This document shows, one piece after another, positions 61,692 through 64,000 of a DNA stretch of 64,000 bases (position 1 is its first letter; each line of letters opens with the position of its first letter). Source of the DNA: Nemertoderma westbladi (lineage: Eukaryota > Animalia > Xenacoelomorpha). The DNA lies in the NCBI GenBank assembly GCA_032718475.1, contig JAUCBJ010005441.1:34251-98250 (forward strand). The letters run 5' to 3'. The position numbers and the translations under genes were made by a program. Under the pieces are notes generated by a model. It did no database searches. It was not told the DNA's origin and saw nothing but the letters and a program-made list of their open reading frames with translations.

Positions 61692-62805
61692 GGTGTTCGG
61701 ACACTTCCCCCCCGGACAGTTCCCCCCCGCTCAAGTAGGACACTTCCCCCCCGGACACTTCCCCCCCAGACACTTCCCCCCCGCGGACACTTCCCCCCCG
61801 ACTGTTCTTAACTTCGCACATTCGTATTTTTCATTTTGTAAGGTAAACGGACCGCTTGTATCCAGATAAGTTGTATCCAATTTTCCTTTCGTAGCTCAGA
61901 AAGTGATCTTTTGCATCCCGATTTTACATTTTATATCCAAGTTTTATTTATGGGTTTTATCAATGCAATTACATCGTATTGTTTGCTAATCTTTAAACAA
62001 TTAATTATATTAGATGACCTATAAATTCCATCCCCGGAATGATATACTGTTTTTATTAACTATAGAATTATAATAATTAATTGTTTTAATTATAGGTATT
62101 ATTATGTAATAGTCTTCTTCAAATTGTAGCAGATGGGGATGAATATTATTGTTGCAATCAAAATTATACCTCTCCAGGGTAAAATCGACATGCGTCGACC
62201 TGTATTCTGTGTTCAGCATTACATATTGATATACATATTACTACTATACATACTATATAGATATTATACACACTACATATTAAATTTCCTGGTTACTTGC
62301 AATATTTTTAATAGGATTTTGTTGAATTATATAATATTGTAGTAATTTATATATTAAATTGGTTAACATTCAATACAGCTCCTACTTTAGGCTTAGTCAA
62401 TTTATTATCTGATGATACAAACATGAATTAATTATTTCAAAGTGGTCTTAAGTCTTTCACCACGGGCACTCAGGGAAATGCCGGGGTCTGGGGGCGATAA
62501 CCCCCAAGAAAAGAAGCGGGGGTTTGGGGGCGGCAGCCCCCAATTAAAAGAAATTAAAAGAATTCAAGGAATTAAAAGAAAAACAAACAAAATTTGACTA
62601 TAAAAATGTTTCTTTTATAATTTTGAAAAACTTGTCTAGATACAACTTGTCCTGTAACCATCTTTAACTTTTGTTTATTGCTTTGATGCACCCAGATTAA
62701 TTTTAACACTTTAACTGGGGGGGAAGTGTCCGGGGGGAAAGTGTCCGGGGGGGAAGTGTCCTACTTGGGCGGGGGGGAAGTGTCCGGGGGAAGTGTCCTA
62801 GATCC
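61692..62805. mobile_element. Non-autonomous MULE-like element with subterminal GGACACTTCCCCC repeats
   Basis: Inverted terminal arrays, GG...CC ends, and a 9-bp TSD ATAGA(C/T)CAA (61683-61691 and 62806-62814, one mismatch). Confidence 0.8.
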
Positions 62806-63568
62806 ATAGATCAATATTGGATGTTGGAAGCAGCTTGTTGTAGGAGCCATTGTCCCACAAACACCAACTCTGTGTTTAGTGGCTTAAAAGATTTAAATAA
62901 CGTTAATTTAAAACATTAAGGGAAAGGAACATGTTACATTGGCGATGTTTGTTAGCTTATTCAATCCCGCTAACACCCCATAAAAGTTAAGCCGATAAGC
63001 AATATTGGGGGCCACGAGATTGGGTAATCACCAACTCGTGTCACCCCAATAAAATGGGAAGGAGAAACACAATGAGGGTCAGGGGCCAAACCCCTAACCC
63101 AGAGAGAACAGGTGGAGTGAACGGGAACACTCCAAAGGGCGCCAACAAGGGTATCAACCAATCAGAGGGGGGAAAGGCATCGATTAGGTAGAGTAACAAG
63201 GCCAACCCGTGCAATATAGCCAGTTGGCAGTAATCATTTCATTCAGTTATCTCAGTATCATATTGGTGCTAGTTAGGTTAGTTAGTTTAGCTAGGGAAGG
63301 ACTGGGACTTTAATTACCGTATCCCGCCTTCCGTATACGACAACATTATCCATATCTATGCTTATATCTATATACCCGTACAACCGATTATTATATACGA
63401 CGAACGACACGAACTCTTTTTACCTTTCACACACGGCGGGGACGCGTGAACTAAACAACCGGATAAACCGGGATCCTTCCTGGATCCCGTCACAGTAATT
63501 AAAACTCAGAGCTGCCGCCCTAGCTAGCTAAACCCAGCGACTACCAGCCACCAATCGAACCAACCGAG

Positions 63569-64000
63569 ATGAGTCAGTCGGGAGAGACGACGCCGACGCG
63601 GACCCCGGACGAAGAATTAACGATCCGCGAGGCCGCAACCAGGCGGTACAGGCCCACAACGCCGGACCCATCGGTAACGGGTCACCCGGCAGCTCAGGAT
63701 GAGGGGGGCCGCCTGGAACCCGAGGTCGAGCCGAGAGAAGGAGAGAGCGAGACGGAGGGAGACGGAGACGAGTCGACACGAGACGTGGGTCGACGTACTG
63801 ATGTCGCCGGCCAGCCACAGGCCGAGGGCGACGAGCGGCCCACCGAAACGGCGACGGTGGGGCCGACGGTACGACGCCGGACCCGAAGAGACGGAGGAGA
63901 TGTCGGTACCGATGTCGCCGGCCAGCCACAGGCCGAGGGCGACGAGCGGCCCACCGAAACGGCGACGGTGGGGCCGACGGTACGACGCCGGACCCGGAGA
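63569..64000 (+). CDS. Start of a GC-rich low-complexity ORF with a 111-bp (37-aa) repeat, open to the window edge; probably a TE ORF N-terminus
   Basis: MSQSGETTPTRTPDEE...TDVAGQPQAEGDERPTETATVGPTVRRRTR occurs twice, with no stop before 64000. Confidence 0.4.
   Translation, partial: MSQSGETTPTRTPDEELTIREAATRRYRPTTPDPSVTGHPAAQDEGGRLEPEVEPREGESETEGDGDESTRDVGRRTDVAGQPQAEGDERPTETATVGPTVRRRTRRDGGDVGTDVAGQPQAEGDERPTETATVGPTVRRRTRR

Overview
Repeat-dense eukaryotic (probably invertebrate) DNA with one clear host gene, an intronless cytosolic sulfotransferase (20793-21815). The left part holds an 89-bp satellite, a complete IS3EU-type DNA transposon (6318-12275; TATGG termini, CTACTA TSD, spliced DDE transposase plus a convergent HECT-like ORF), a 4-kb 36-bp minisatellite, and a decayed Gypsy element interrupted by an RTE LINE fragment. 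The centre (27286-57425) is two nested BEL/Pao LTR retrotransposons. Element A is on the minus strand with a GTTAC TSD. Element B is on the plus strand with an AAGCG TSD, lacks RT, RNase H and the integrase core, and sits inside A's 3' LTR. Although their LTRs are unrelated, both share two unusual traits. First, each has a large extra 3' ORF encoding a DEDDy (WRN/EXD-like) 3'-5' exonuclease fold plus CCHC knuckles. Second, neither has a tRNA primer-binding site; the PBS position is instead complementary to a segment of the element's own LTR (Tf1-like self-priming geometry). Each also carries repeated cis motifs. B has arrays of covarying RNA hairpins, including six kink-turn/UUCG modules per LTR; A has ten dispersed copies of a 17-nt palindromic motif. 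This combination is the best candidate for an undescribed system. All calls are by eye, with no database search.
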